From assembly GCA_976226885.1 (NCBI GenBank), contig OZ320319.1:62744001-62808000 (forward strand): a DNA stretch of 64,000 nucleotides, written 5' to 3'. The notes below the pieces were generated by a model. The model was not told where the DNA came from, made no database searches, and was given only the letters and a program-made list of their open reading frames with translations. The position numbers were made by a program, and so were the translations under genes. Positions 23,270 through 34,795 of this stretch are shown piece after piece; the first letter of the stretch is position 1, and each line of letters starts with the position of its first letter. This DNA is from Iphione sp. A-MEVVRFRX5 (taxonomy: Eukaryota).

Positions 23270-23953
23270 ATGTCGGGAGAGGACATCCCACGACTTGTAC
23301 ACTTCTTCACCGACTCACACGGCCGGAATTTGGAAACAGACTTGAAGAAACAAGGTATCTATGTATCGGTGCATTCCTTTCCAGGTTTAGGCATTAGTCA
23401 GTTAACAGAAAAAGCAATATTTTATAGTTTTTGTATCCCACCTGCATATATTGTCCTATTAGGAGGCACTAATGATATTACTAGTCTTGACAGGAATAGT
23501 TTCTTGGAGGATGGTTCGTACTGTCGTCAGGTCTATGCTCCTGATACCGATTATGATACCATTGTCCAGCGCATGACACTTTTGATTGAAAGTTCATATG
23601 ACAAGTTGAAGGTGAAATTTCCTAGCAGCTCTATAATTTTCTCTACGTTCTTTGCATGTGATATTAACCATTATAACTCATATCTACGAGGAGAATATTT
23701 TCCAGGGTGTTTCCGGAATGAGCTGCAGGATACGCTGAACGCTTCGGTCCACAGGCTAAATGGGTATATTCGAAAATTTAATGGGCAACATCAGGTACCG
23801 ACACCGTTCATAGGTAGCACGGTCCACGCACGATCCAATGGCAGAGACACGAATCGCTTACATAGGCTGCGTGACGGTTGTCATCTAGACCTTCTGGGAC
23901 GAATCGAGATGACGAAACTAGTGGCCAAATTCATTCGGAAACTGCAATGCTAA
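23270..23953 (+). CDS. SGNH/GDSL-type esterase (227 aa), separate LINE ORF
   Basis: Blocks FTDSHG (Ser), SFPG (Gly), LLGGTND (Asn), RDGCHL (Asp-x-x-His). Confidence 0.85.
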   Translation: MSGEDIPRLVHFFTDSHGRNLETDLKKQGIYVSVHSFPGLGISQLTEKAIFYSFCIPPAYIVLLGGTNDITSLDRNSFLEDGSYCRQVYAPDTDYDTIVQRMTLLIESSYDKLKVKFPSSSIIFSTFFACDINHYNSYLRGEYFPGCFRNELQDTLNASVHRLNGYIRKFNGQHQVPTPFIGSTVHARSNGRDTNRLHRLRDGCHLDLLGRIEMTKLVAKFIRKLQC

Positions 23954-24090
23954 GTATCTGCTACTACTGAAACCTTAATACTACTTAGACCTTACCCTCC
24001 TTATCAATTACAATAGAATTGTAACCTCAGCGTATATCTGATTTCCATTATGTCTCATGATACAGAGACATTGCACAACCTATCTGAAGA

Positions 24091-24199
24091 TGATGTAGGA
24101 GTGGTAGTAAGTAGTTGTTGGCCTCACATACCGAGTCCAAATTTGATGTAGGAGTGGTAGTAAGTGGTTGTTGGCCTCACATACCGAGACCAAATTTGA
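24091..24199 (+). repeat. 53-bp tandem duplication in LINE inter-ORF spacer
   Basis: tgatgtaggagtggtagtaagt(a/g)gttgttggcctcacataccgag(t/a)ccaaatt twice. Confidence 0.9.
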
Positions 24200-24964
24200 A
24201 AGGTTATGTTGTTATTAGCTATTAGTGTTGATGTGAATAGGAATTGCTATACCAACATTATACGTCCCTGAGCAGATCGTAATAATATACAAACCAGATT
24301 ATCAGGCCTCACTGACCGAGACCATACCCAAACTATATACTTGCTCATGATTGAATGAGAATACACATTATACTGAAAAGCTCTATTGTAAAGGCCTCAT
24401 TTACCGAGACCTTATCCATCAATGCCATGTTTTACCGGTGTTTGCATATATCAAGACCGTGTGAATGCCTTCTTTTTCTCATATGTTCATATCTTTCCTG
24501 TTATGTGATTATATGTCAACTGACCACACGTATCCAGGAAAAGACACAGAAAATATAGAAAACTTACTAAGATATGTAGCCCAAACTGCACATGTTTGAC
24601 AATCCGAATAATTTATGACATTGTGTGTGGCTACAGCATAGCAAAGCCCATCTCGAACGTAGTGTCCCTGCTGATACAATAAGCGTAGTTGATACGGTAT
24701 ACCCTGTTGCAAATATCTGTGCATATTTGACCTTGTAAATAAACTGATTCAATTGTTCTTTACTGTAAAAGGCCTCATTTAGAGACCTCCTGAAGTTGAT
24801 ACAATCCTTCCTAGAGATGTCACAAAATTGACACAGTTCTCACAATAGAAACAAAAATTTCGAAATTGATATAGAAATAGTGTAAAAATCACCATGAAAT
24901 CGGCCTCATATGACTCTCCCCCGATCAACTTTACCATATTGATTCTATTATATTTATTTCCTAA

Positions 24965-27805
24965 TCTACGCAAAAAATCACGTATAACCGTAATAACCAT
25001 ATACTGCCAAGGAACACTCTTAATATTTTACATCTGAACACACAAAGTATTGTTAACAAATTACCTGAATTAAGATTTGTGGTTGAAACTAAGAAACCGG
25101 ATGTAGTAATAATATCTGAAACATGGTTAAATCCATACATACATTCAGCCAGTATAACAATTGATGGGTATGATTGTATGAGACAAGACAGGCTGGGGAA
25201 GAAGGGAGGTGGACTATTATTTTATTCTAAAACTGACTTATTAGTAGACTTCGAACATTGCACTGAAAACAATACAATAACAAATGACATTGAGATAGTG
25301 TGGGGAAGACTGAATCTGGCAAATCGAACTGTATTACACATGGCTGGAATATATAGGCCCCCGCAAGGAAAGGTAAAAAATTTTATATCGGAGGTGGAAA
25401 AAACGCTGGATCAATTATCAGGTAGTGCAGATATGCATGTATTGATAGGAGACTTCAATATAGATGCTCTGAGAAGTGGAAATACAACGTATTCTGAAAT
25501 CAAATATTTGTGTAGAAACTATGACCTTAGACAGATAGTGGATAAACCAACAAGGTGTACTACTCACTCACAAACTATAATTGATCTAGCATTAGTGAGT
25601 AAAAGGTTAGAATCACACTATCATATTGTACGTAGCTATATCAGTGACCATCATGCTATACTAGTAAAAGTATCCGTTCCATTACGAGAGCAGGCTAGTT
25701 TTAAAATAAAATATAGACCATGGTCTGATGTCCTAAGGGATACTATCAAGGAGGCAACATGTAGCCGTATACTCCCAAACTCAAAACTATTAGAGAAGCC
25801 CATAATTCTCTGGGAAATACTGATCAAAAACATTGCGGAATCACTAGATCGATATGCCCCAGTAAAGTACACTGAATCTATGTACAGGAAAGGTAAACTA
25901 CCAAGTCCCCAGACGCGTGCATTAATTGCAGAAAAGAACCGTATGTATAAGACAGCAATACGACTGAAAAGTGATACTCTATATAAACGAGCCAATACCC
26001 TGCGAAAGACTGTTAAAGATGCCTTATTTAAAGACATCTCGAAATCAGTCACTGCTGAGTTAGTGCATCTACAAGATAACCCGCGAAGATATTGGAAAGC
26101 CATAAATAAGATCATAGGAAAGAATAAGTCCAGTCCAACATACCTATTGCAAGAGAATGACACTATGCTGAGTATTGAGGAAAGTGCAGAAAAATTTAAT
26201 AACCATTTTGCATCAGTAGGGCATTCTGACTATGATCTACAGAGTCCTCTTATAACGGAAGGAGTTCCAGATATTGATGCAGAATTTTATCTTAAGGAGG
26301 TTGATATTGAATATGTTCAAAAAATTCTAAATTCACAGCAAATAACAAAGCCAAGTGGCATTGCAGACGTTAGCTCTAAAATTTTAAAAGACATGTTAAC
26401 GATGCATATTAGTGAATTTACTACCGTTCTGAACTCTTCTATAAGAAACAATGTTGTTCCACCGAAATGGAAAGAAGCAGTCATAACTCCTCTGTACAAG
26501 GGCAAAGGAGTAAAAACAGATGCAAATTCGTTTAGGCCAATAAGTATTTTGCCAATGCCAAGTAAAATCATGGAGCGGATAGTATATAACCAGCTAATGT
26601 TGTATATTGAACATTACAACCTGTTCTCTGAATCGCAATATGGTTTTCGTAAAGGGAGATCGACTTCAGATGCAATTAATCAAGTACTGACTGCTGGCTA
26701 TAATGCCTTCAATAGAGGAGAGATGCTAGGACTGATCTTTGTAGACTACCGGAAAGCCTTCGATAGTGTTCAACATGATTGCCTGTTATTGAAGCTGAAA
26801 AAAATGGGCTTTAAGGGAGTGTTAGACTGGCTAACGTCGTATTTAAAAAATCGAACTATAAGAACGAAATTGGGCAACCAAATATCAACTAAGCAGAATC
26901 TACTGCTAGGTGTCCCACAAGGGAGCATTTTAGGTCCTGTACTCTTCTCTCTTTTCATAAACGATAGCATTAAAACCATAAAAAACAGTAAAGTAGTTAT
27001 GTATGCGGACGATACCATACTCCTCTTGTCAGACAAAGACCCTGTGAAGATAGCAGCAGGCCTATCTGAAGATATTAAATTATTGGACAATTGGTGTAAG
27101 GCCAATGGTATTCAGCTAAATTACTCAAAAACACAGTGTATGCTATGTAGTACAATAAGAAATAAAGCCAAGGACTACAAGCTATCTATACGGGTAAGGG
27201 ACAATACTCTAACTCAAGTTACAAGCTATAAGTACCTTGGATTTTATTTAGACAGTTACCTGAGCTTAAAAACAGAAATGCTTCACAAACTAAAGAAAAC
27301 ATATAGCATGTTAAACTTAATAAGATCAGTCAAACATCTAACAAATGAGTCCACTGCAATGCTGGTTGTAAAGAGCTACTTCATCCCTACACTTGAATAC
27401 GGCATTGGGTCTATTCACTGTCACAATTCTACTTTATTTCAAAGACTATCAAGTCAATTAGAAAGGGCATTGAGGTTGGCAACTGGTAACTATACGGGTA
27501 GCATAGACATTTTGATGAAATCACACAACATCATGCCACTCAATAAACGCAGCGTATATTTCTGTTTATGTGCTCATTATGATACCCTACTACCAATTTA
27601 TCTAAAACATCTTCCATCAAACAGAACTAGAAGAGCTCATATTACGATGGTAAGACCCAAAATTGTTCAGTTCAAAATGGATCCTCTTTGGAATGCAACA
27701 AAATTCTGGAACACTCTTGAACGTAAAGATATATTATTAAAAAAACCACTTTTTAAGAGAAACCTGAAACAAAAACTTCTGAAAGAGAATTGGCGTGTTC
27801 CCTGA
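24965..27805 (+). CDS. LINE ORF2: APE endonuclease + reverse transcriptase (frame open from 24965, no upstream AUG)
   Basis: NILHLNTQS, ISETWL, GIYRPP, IGDFNID, SDHHAI (APE); FRPISIL, QYGFRKGRST, DYRKAFD, GVPQGSILGP, YADD (RT); no internal stops. Confidence 0.96.
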   Translation, partial: STQKITYNRNNHILPRNTLNILHLNTQSIVNKLPELRFVVETKKPDVVIISETWLNPYIHSASITIDGYDCMRQDRLGKKGGGLLFYSKTDLLVDFEHCTENNTITNDIEIVWGRLNLANRTVLHMAGIYRPPQGKVKNFISEVEKTLDQLSGSADMHVLIGDFNIDALRSGNTTYSEIKYLCRNYDLRQIVDKPTRCTTHSQTIIDLALVSKRLESHYHIVRSYISDHHAILVKVSVPLREQASFKIKYRPWSDVLRDTIKEATCSRILPNSKLLEKPIILWEILIKNIAESLDRYAPVKYTESMYRKGKLPSPQTRALIAEKNRMYKTAIRLKSDTLYKRANTLRKTVKDALFKDISKSVTAELVHLQDNPRRYWKAINKIIGKNKSSPTYLLQENDTMLSIEESAEKFNNHFASVGHSDYDLQSPLITEGVPDIDAEFYLKEVDIEYVQKILNSQQITKPSGIADVSSKILKDMLTMHISEFTTVLNSSIRNNVVPPKWKEAVITPLYKGKGVKTDANSFRPISILPMPSKIMERIVYNQLMLYIEHYNLFSESQYGFRKGRSTSDAINQVLTAGYNAFNRGEMLGLIFVDYRKAFDSVQHDCLLLKLKKMGFKGVLDWLTSYLKNRTIRTKLGNQISTKQNLLLGVPQGSILGPVLFSLFINDSIKTIKNSKVVMYADDTILLLSDKDPVKIAAGLSEDIKLLDNWCKANGIQLNYSKTQCMLCSTIRNKAKDYKLSIRVRDNTLTQVTSYKYLGFYLDSYLSLKTEMLHKLKKTYSMLNLIRSVKHLTNESTAMLVVKSYFIPTLEYGIGSIHCHNSTLFQRLSSQLERALRLATGNYTGSIDILMKSHNIMPLNKRSVYFCLCAHYDTLLPIYLKHLPSNRTRRAHITMVRPKIVQFKMDPLWNATKFWNTLERKDILLKKPLFKRNLKQKLLKENWRVP

Positions 27806-28333
27806 GCAGTATTACTTTTTAAAGACACTGAATTGTCTCACGAATATTTTCTGATTATTCCCAACTGTTTCTTTTTCTATGTCAAACAATGAAATGTAAA
27901 CAACAATCCTTATGTATATATGTATATATGTATTATATCTCTGTAAATATATTGTATGTATATAGCAGTTTTTTTTCGTTGTAATAACCAAATTGTATCT
28001 TCTCCTGGTATCAGTGTATCATCAGGTAAAATAAAATTTTCAAAAAAAAAAAAAAAAAAAAAATGTCGGTGCTAATGATACTGATATTGTGGTGGTGGGG
28101 GAGGGGGGTATATGTAAACAATGAGGATGGACAACTGCTATTTTACTTCTTGTAAACACAACTACTGAATGGAAGCTATGTGATATTCTTCGATGGTGAT
28201 TGAGTTATCGCCACATTTAGGCTGGTTTCACATGTATTCTATAAACTTTTCATGCTAATGGATCCGTTGATGGTAAGCCCCCCCCCCTCCTTTATATGGG
28301 TACACTATACATGGGTTACTATGCAAGCTCCAA

Positions 28334-28353
28334 AACACATCCCTTTGTAATGC

Positions 28354-28384
<31 letters not shown>

Positions 28385-28402
28385 GACACAGAGAGAGACA
28401 CA
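28334..28402. repeat. (AG)/(AGAC) microsatellite
   Basis: gagagagagagacagacagacagagacacagagagagac... Confidence 0.85.
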
Positions 28403-28846
28403 GAGACAGATAGAGACAGAGAGAGTCAACGCACTGATTGAAAGTGCAGCCCATTCACCCTTACACAAGCAATCTCTGTTCTAGTTGAAAATGTTAAAGG
28501 TTCACGATCATCGCCACGCTTAGGACACCTAGTGGCTCAATAAGTAATTAAAAATATAAAAAGGTTTATGAAGCCATGTAGCAATTTTCTTGAAGTAAAT
28601 CCCAGGTCAGCGGATTATAAAATGTTCTCGAATTAATCAATACAGTGTACTGCAGGTTTCTATTAGTCTGAAAAAACAAATTTGTTTATGTTGTTCTTGG
28701 CCAAAACATCGGCATTTACCTTTTACTCATACAAAGAAGCTACATTCGTACAGTCGTAAATTTTGAATGAAGTACTTGTGCCCATTGTACATATGTACTT
28801 ACTAACACTGGAAACACACTCTTCCAAGTATAAACACCGTACTTAC

Positions 28847-28958
28847 TGACATAGTTCACTCGGTTCCCGTGATCTGCAGCAGACGTCATTTTGATAACAT
28901 CCTGAACTTCCTCTTCGGACATCTTCTCTCCCACATTTGTCATCACATGCATAAAGTC
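28847..28958 (-). CDS. Calmodulin-like gene A exon (EF4); terminal exon not located
   Basis: DFMHVMTNVGEKMSEEEVQDVIKMTSAADHGNRVNYV, donor gtaagt. Confidence 0.85.
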
Positions 28959-29731
28959 CTGTTCCAAACAGTAAAATACTTCTAAAAGACTTAAAAATGT
29001 CTCCACCTTTCCCATCCTATCTTAAGCCCTTTTTAGCTCGAATATTTCCACACATTTGATGCAAACCGCGATAATAGGAAGTATCCTTCTACAGTGTTAT
29101 GTGTTATGTAACACCTCTCAGAATGATACGACGCGGTGTCAAGAGGTCTTGTGTTTAGTGTGGACACCTGTCACGTGGCATCCTCGGTGGCAAAAGGATC
29201 AGAATATCAGCGGAAAGTTTCAGGCCAAATCTCTGGGCCTAAAAGATGTATTTGATTGTGCAATACATGTTAAAATGCAATGAACTGCTACGACAATAGA
29301 CCACATTTAAACGCCTGGAATACCCCTGGCCGTTTTTCTTCTTCAGCAAGTGACATTTCAGGTGTTTTTGTATGCGTGTCTGTGTGTGTGTGTGGGGGGG
29401 ATATTTATTTCTCAAAATACTCAGACCTATTATAAGACTTTTCCCTATTCTTTGAGCAGCATCAGTGTGGGAGGCCATGGCCTCTTCCCATTAGCAGCAA
29501 AGGATTTTTAACCTCTCTGCAGAAGCCAGCATCCACTGAGGTACTCAATCAAGTACACAAAGTTGATTTCCATTTACATGTATGCATCTATGTGACTACC
29601 CCGACAAGATGATCACACTCTTCCAGCACAGAGTAAAGGCCTCCTACTACTTCTCCTACTCTAAATGAACCTGGTCCTGATGATGATTTATTTCTAATCA
29701 ATAGTAGCGTGCATGCCGCACTCCACCTCAC

Positions 29732-29871
29732 CTGTATCGTTATATTCCCTCGGCCTTCCTTGTCGAACGGCTTGAAGATCACGGCCAGCTCGTCTGCCCG
29801 GTCCGGGTCAGGATAGGTGACGTACTGGCTGATAAGCTTGACAAGCATCTGTAGGTCGATCATGCTACCGA
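29732..29871 (-). CDS. Calmodulin-like gene A exon (EF2-EF3)
   Basis: IGSMIDLQMLVKLISQYVTYPDPDRADELAVIFKPFDKEGRGNITIQ; phases 1/0. Confidence 0.88.
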
Positions 29872-30873
29872 CTGCAATACCAACGCCCCGTTTTCATAAA
29901 AATACTGAAGAGTGGACACCTAAATATAAGGAATCTTGTGCCTGAGAAAAGTGTGCCTCAGTTCTATCAGTAGTGTGAATCAAAGTGCCCTTTGCCCCCC
30001 AGGGAAATAAATACATATATGCCCATCTAAGTAGGTACAGTGTGATATAGCGATCTACTGTGAACACAAACTACATGTATGTCAAATTAAACAGTCAAAA
30101 TTATTCACCACTAAAATCATCGTGTGATTAACACAGGATCAACGTGTAAAGTACTTTTGTGCGTTTCTAGTCTAGTTGATACTGTCTACTTACTCGGATC
30201 GTGATCAAATTACATAAACCTGACATTTTCCATTTACTACATGTCACTCTATCAAATGCCATGCTCTTGAGGTGATAGGATGCAAACTGTTTCCATAAAA
30301 AGACTACATGCCGAAGCTGTCAATGCGCATGCTTGTGACGACAACTCCAAAACGGAAACTCCCAAAATTGTCCACGTTAGAACTTTGTGACATGCAACGA
30401 GATTTCTCTTTATGCTCGACCTTTAAGGGCCCGACTCGGGCCATCCAAAGCCTGTTGTACAATTCTTGCAAGTATTGGTGGCGTAGTGGAACTACTACGT
30501 GTATTTAAGGGTAATTCCCTGAGTCTGCTCGGCTTGTTGCTTCACATCCATGAACTATCTTCTTTAAACGAGCCAATTAAACGGTAGTAATTAACCGTGT
30601 GTGTTTAAGGCACGAGACTTGGAAGTGACGAGTCTATGCCACAGGGGTCAAACTTAACTTGTTATAACAATGATCATCTGGGTTAACCTCCTTGGAATTA
30701 TTCTATTTTTTTCCGGTTATCACAGTTTTTCATGTTATCACAGTTTTCCCATTGTTATTATTTTAACCTATAAGATTTCTTAACTAGAATACCGAGTTTG
30801 AACGGAAAAATACGTCGACTACCTGGGCACAACTTATGATGGAGGTTAAAAAGTATGGACCCACACCTAAAAA

Positions 30874-31164
30874 AGTCGAGTGAGTTAGTATTAAGTTTGA
30901 ACCCTGGAATCTACGCAGTATGTGTGAGATTTGTCTATAATATAGCCGCATACACGTACTATTAAAGCACTGAAATATACACACCGGCAGACCTTGCATC
31001 TGTATTCGTATGTGTACAGTCGAGTGAGTTAGTATTAAGTTTGAACCCTGGAATCTATGCAGTATGTGTGAGATTTGTCTATAATATAGCCGCATACACG
31101 TACTATTAAAGCACTGAAATATACACACCGGCAGACCTTGCATCTGTATTCGTATGTGTACAGT
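30874..31164. repeat. 144-bp tandem duplication (2 copies)
   Basis: Units start at 30874 and 31018; one substitution seen (ctacgc/ctatgc). Confidence 0.92.
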
Positions 31165-33160
31165 TTAGGGGGAAATCTAAGGAATATATTAAATTTGTTG
31201 TTCCTGCTCAGATAAGCTGTTAGCGCTTGTAGAGGTCAACCAGTGAGGCAGAGCTGTACATCCTAGGTTTATACATCAATGTACATTGACCATGTCCAAC
31301 AGGCTTTGGATGTACGTAGTTAAAGGACGTGCGCCCCAAGTACTATACACTCATCTCAAGGACAACCAAAAAAGATATCAGTCAAACCAAACATGACTCA
31401 AGTTATCTATACTTTGGTGTGGAGGAGGTTAGCTTCAACCACAAGCGGGAACATTCTCATTACCAGGTGTTTGTAACAAAATTTATACGGAAGACACACA
31501 GGGAGCAGTATCATAATACCTCGAATTCAATATACATGTATAATGTTTACAGTTGATACGCATGACAGTCGGCGAAGCATGTCAACACGTTAAATTGGCA
31601 TTGATTAAACTTATCCACTTAAGACAATGATTTAAACTAACTAGACGTTACACATGCTGATGAGCTTTTCGTGTGGGTTTTAATCTACGAACGTTCGTAG
31701 CGTTATTTCAGTTTTTCTCTCTCTCTCACGTCGACAAAATGCACTAGGTGGTGTAGAGGTAGCAGAAAGCATTAAATGTATGACATTTCAAGACGCTGCT
31801 TTGAGAGATGTCAAGATGGAAAAAAAGAATAATACACAGGATAACACAGCGAACAGACTACGCAGCGACATGACCATGGTGGATGTCGCCGTGCCTAGCG
31901 CCGTACACACGCAGAATAGTCAAATCTAAAATACAGACCACTTACACAGAGTCCTCACTGTTTCGTCTGAAACGTACAACAAGGGCTCAGTTGATGAGAT
32001 ATAGCGTTACCTTCGAGTTAGAGTCAACTCAGTTCTAAAGAGGAAAAAATAGGAACAGTGCCTCATGCAGGAACCACCGAGGGGGGCTATTCTATGGAAT
32101 ATCCCATACGAGGTAGAACATCCTATAGTTTCCCTAACAAGAAAAGTAATTACAAGTGGTATCACCGGGGATTCACACTTTGTGACTGGAGTAATGTACG
32201 TGTATCGTTGAATAAGTCATCAGTTCTAATTCTCAAAGTACTTTTCTTCTTTCTGCTATACATATTTCGACACTACTAGTGGCGCCAATCAAAGTGGCAC
32301 GATATAAATTCCAAAAAGGCGTTTAAAACGTAAGGAATGGCATCACCTACTTTCCCACCAGACATATACACAAGGCACTTGTCATTTCATCTCCTTTACA
32401 TGAAAAGTATCTCAGGACCACCTACAACGTCTCAGTATTTTTCCCCCACCAAAAAAGACAGTGCCTCGAAACTCTATACTCCCCAAACATGCTCTGCCAC
32501 AACCTACTAAGCAAACAAATGAGAAGTGAGCAAGTGTTGACCAGAGGCAAGTGTTGCTCTTAAATACAGTGAAGACTAGCTTTCTGAACTACCCTCGTTT
32601 TATGGCATTTCGCTTGCTTCATGAGCATTTACAGATCTTGAAGGTTATTTCTATAGTAAAATGCTAGTTTCCTGTAGTGAGAACTGCTCGTATTTTGACT
32701 ATTTCTGAAACTGTAGCATTCAGAAAAGGAGTCTTGACTGTATGTGCAAAATGCCGTCAAACTTTTGGATTAACCGCTAAAGAACACTATGTAAAATACC
32801 ATGGGATTCTTCTGAGAAAAAACTTCTACCAAAAATATCTACTGGCGTGTACAAGTGACCGGGTAGGCTGTAGGATCATTGGCGGGACAAAAACACAATC
32901 GCCTTAAAACAACTACAGCCTAAAAAAAAATAAGAAAAGAAAAGGCGGAGCAATGGTCCAGGTGAGAAAGAGGAAAACGGAAAGGAAAAGTTGAGAAAGA
33001 CGAATGGCAAGACAAGGAAGGAGAAACAGAGGCATAGAGATTGTGGGTGTGAGGAGATAGAGGGAAAAGCAGAACTCAGACAGACAAAGAGAGGAGCACA
33101 CAGAGGAAGTCACTTGACAGGTGTTGGTCAGGTCGCATTAGGGTGACGCCACATACGTAC

Positions 33161-33301
33161 TGCTCTTCTCTGCGTCCATCATCATTTCGCGGATCTCCGA
33201 CTCTGCTGGTTTGAGGCCCTTTACACACCGCACGACGGGTCCAATGTCGCGGAGAAAGATCTGGCCGCCCTCAGCATAGTTACCAAAAGCATCACGCAGC
33301 T
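33161..33301 (-). CDS. Calmodulin-like gene A exon (degenerate EF1-EF2)
   Basis: ELRDAFGNYAEGGQIFLRDIGPVVRCVKGLKPAESEIREMMMDAEKS; canonical splice sites. Confidence 0.85.
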
Positions 33302-34026
33302 CTGAACAACGAACAGCATCATATCATTAGTATCATACCTGTGTACGATAAAGTGATCCCTGTTGGGAATATGCAATCAATTTCTTTTTCTGTCTGTCTC
33401 TTTTTCCTATCTCCCTCCTACACCATCCTTTTCTATAGGCTGACACACACCTGAATATTCTCTTAATAAAGTATTAGTGGTTTAAATAAAAAAAGAAAGA
33501 AAACTTCACTTGGTTTCATATTTGTTTAAAGGTCTTACCTAAACTTAATGAGTGGAAACTGCACCTAATTTCTTTTCCACTTAAACAAGTATGGCGGCTT
33601 CTTAAAGATTAAGGATGTGTATTATCACAACAGAACCAGTTTCCCAGAATGTTAGTTGAAGCTTTGACATCATTATTGGTTTTACGTGACAATTCAAAGG
33701 AACAAAAAGTTAAAGTTGGTTTGATGATTTTCATAATGCAATCTTATGTTTTGAAAGCAAGATTGAATGGTTATTTTAGGATTCTGTATATATATTCTGC
33801 ATTACAGCCTTTGTTTAACACCATTTACTTAATCAAGAGCATGCATCTTGAACAACATACATGCATTCCAATCAGAACTTACTGCATATTTCAACTAATT
33901 CTGAAATTTAACAAGGTACCGACAACTGCATGAAAACTATACATATCAAAAAGCATTTATAAAATGTATTGAAACTGGCACCCTAGTTCCAATGTGGGAC
34001 ACTCCTGAAATACTGTTTCTTATATA

Positions 34027-34634
34027 CAGTACACTCTCTCGATTCCGGACACCCTCTGTTCTGCGTCAAATCGTCCGCATTGTAGACGCGTCCGCATTGG
34101 AGATCAGTTAGGAGTATTGAAATAGCCCCAAATTTGCGCGACAACACCTCGTCCACTGGGGTTATTCATATCTACCTTTGCAAAATGACTTCTGGAGCCT
34201 CCCTGGAGCCCCAAATTTGCGCGACAACACCTTGTTCACTGGGGTTATTCATATCTACCTTTGAAAAATGACTTCTGGAGCCTCCCTGGAGCCCCAAATT
34301 TGCGCGACAACACCTTGTTCACTGGGGTTATTCATATCTACCTTTGAAAAATCACTTCTAGAGCCTCCCTGAAGCCCCAAATTTGCGCAACAACACCTCG
34401 TCCACAGTCTAAACCCGCCTATTAATGGTCTAAACCTGTGAATTCGCAGTTTAAACCTGCCGATTTTACAGTCTAAACCTGTCCGCAGGGAGGCGCGCCG
34501 CAAATGTTGCCGTCCGCATTTGAGACGTCAGCTTACTATAGGAAACAATAGGAAATCATTTCGTTCTACGTCAAATCGTCCACATTGGAGAGGCGTCCGC
34601 TTCCGAGACACATCCGCAGGCAGGGAGTGTACTG
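34027..34634. mobile_element. Tc1/mariner-like MITE with internal 83-bp tandem array
   Basis: TA|CAGTACACTCTCT ... AGGGAGTGTACTG|TA; 83-bp units at 34125, 34208, 34291, 34374 (about 3.4 copies). Confidence 0.85.
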
Positions 34635-34785
34635 TATACCAGTAATCTTTACATCGTCCTTAAGATTACAATATCTATTTGAAAAGTTTTCTAAACATGT
34701 ACACAATACTGAATACGAATATTCTCCTGGACGATGGAGAACAAACTGTACCACAGAAATTAAAAGAAAGAAATTATAACCTTAC

Positions 34786-34795
34786 CGTCAAGCAT
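34786..34795 (-). CDS. Calmodulin-like gene A, probable first coding exon (MLD)
   Basis: ATGCTTGACG|gtaag phase 1 joins exon 33161-33301 to give MLDELRDAF. Confidence 0.55.

Larger units (their letters stand above)
20930..28063 (+). mobile_element. Three-ORF CR1/L2-group LINE (ORF1p-NADAR, SGNH esterase, APE-RT); 5' end approximate
   Basis: Three co-oriented intact ORFs, 3' UTR, AATAAA (28030-28035) and A22 tail (28042-28063); no TSD found. Confidence 0.82.
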
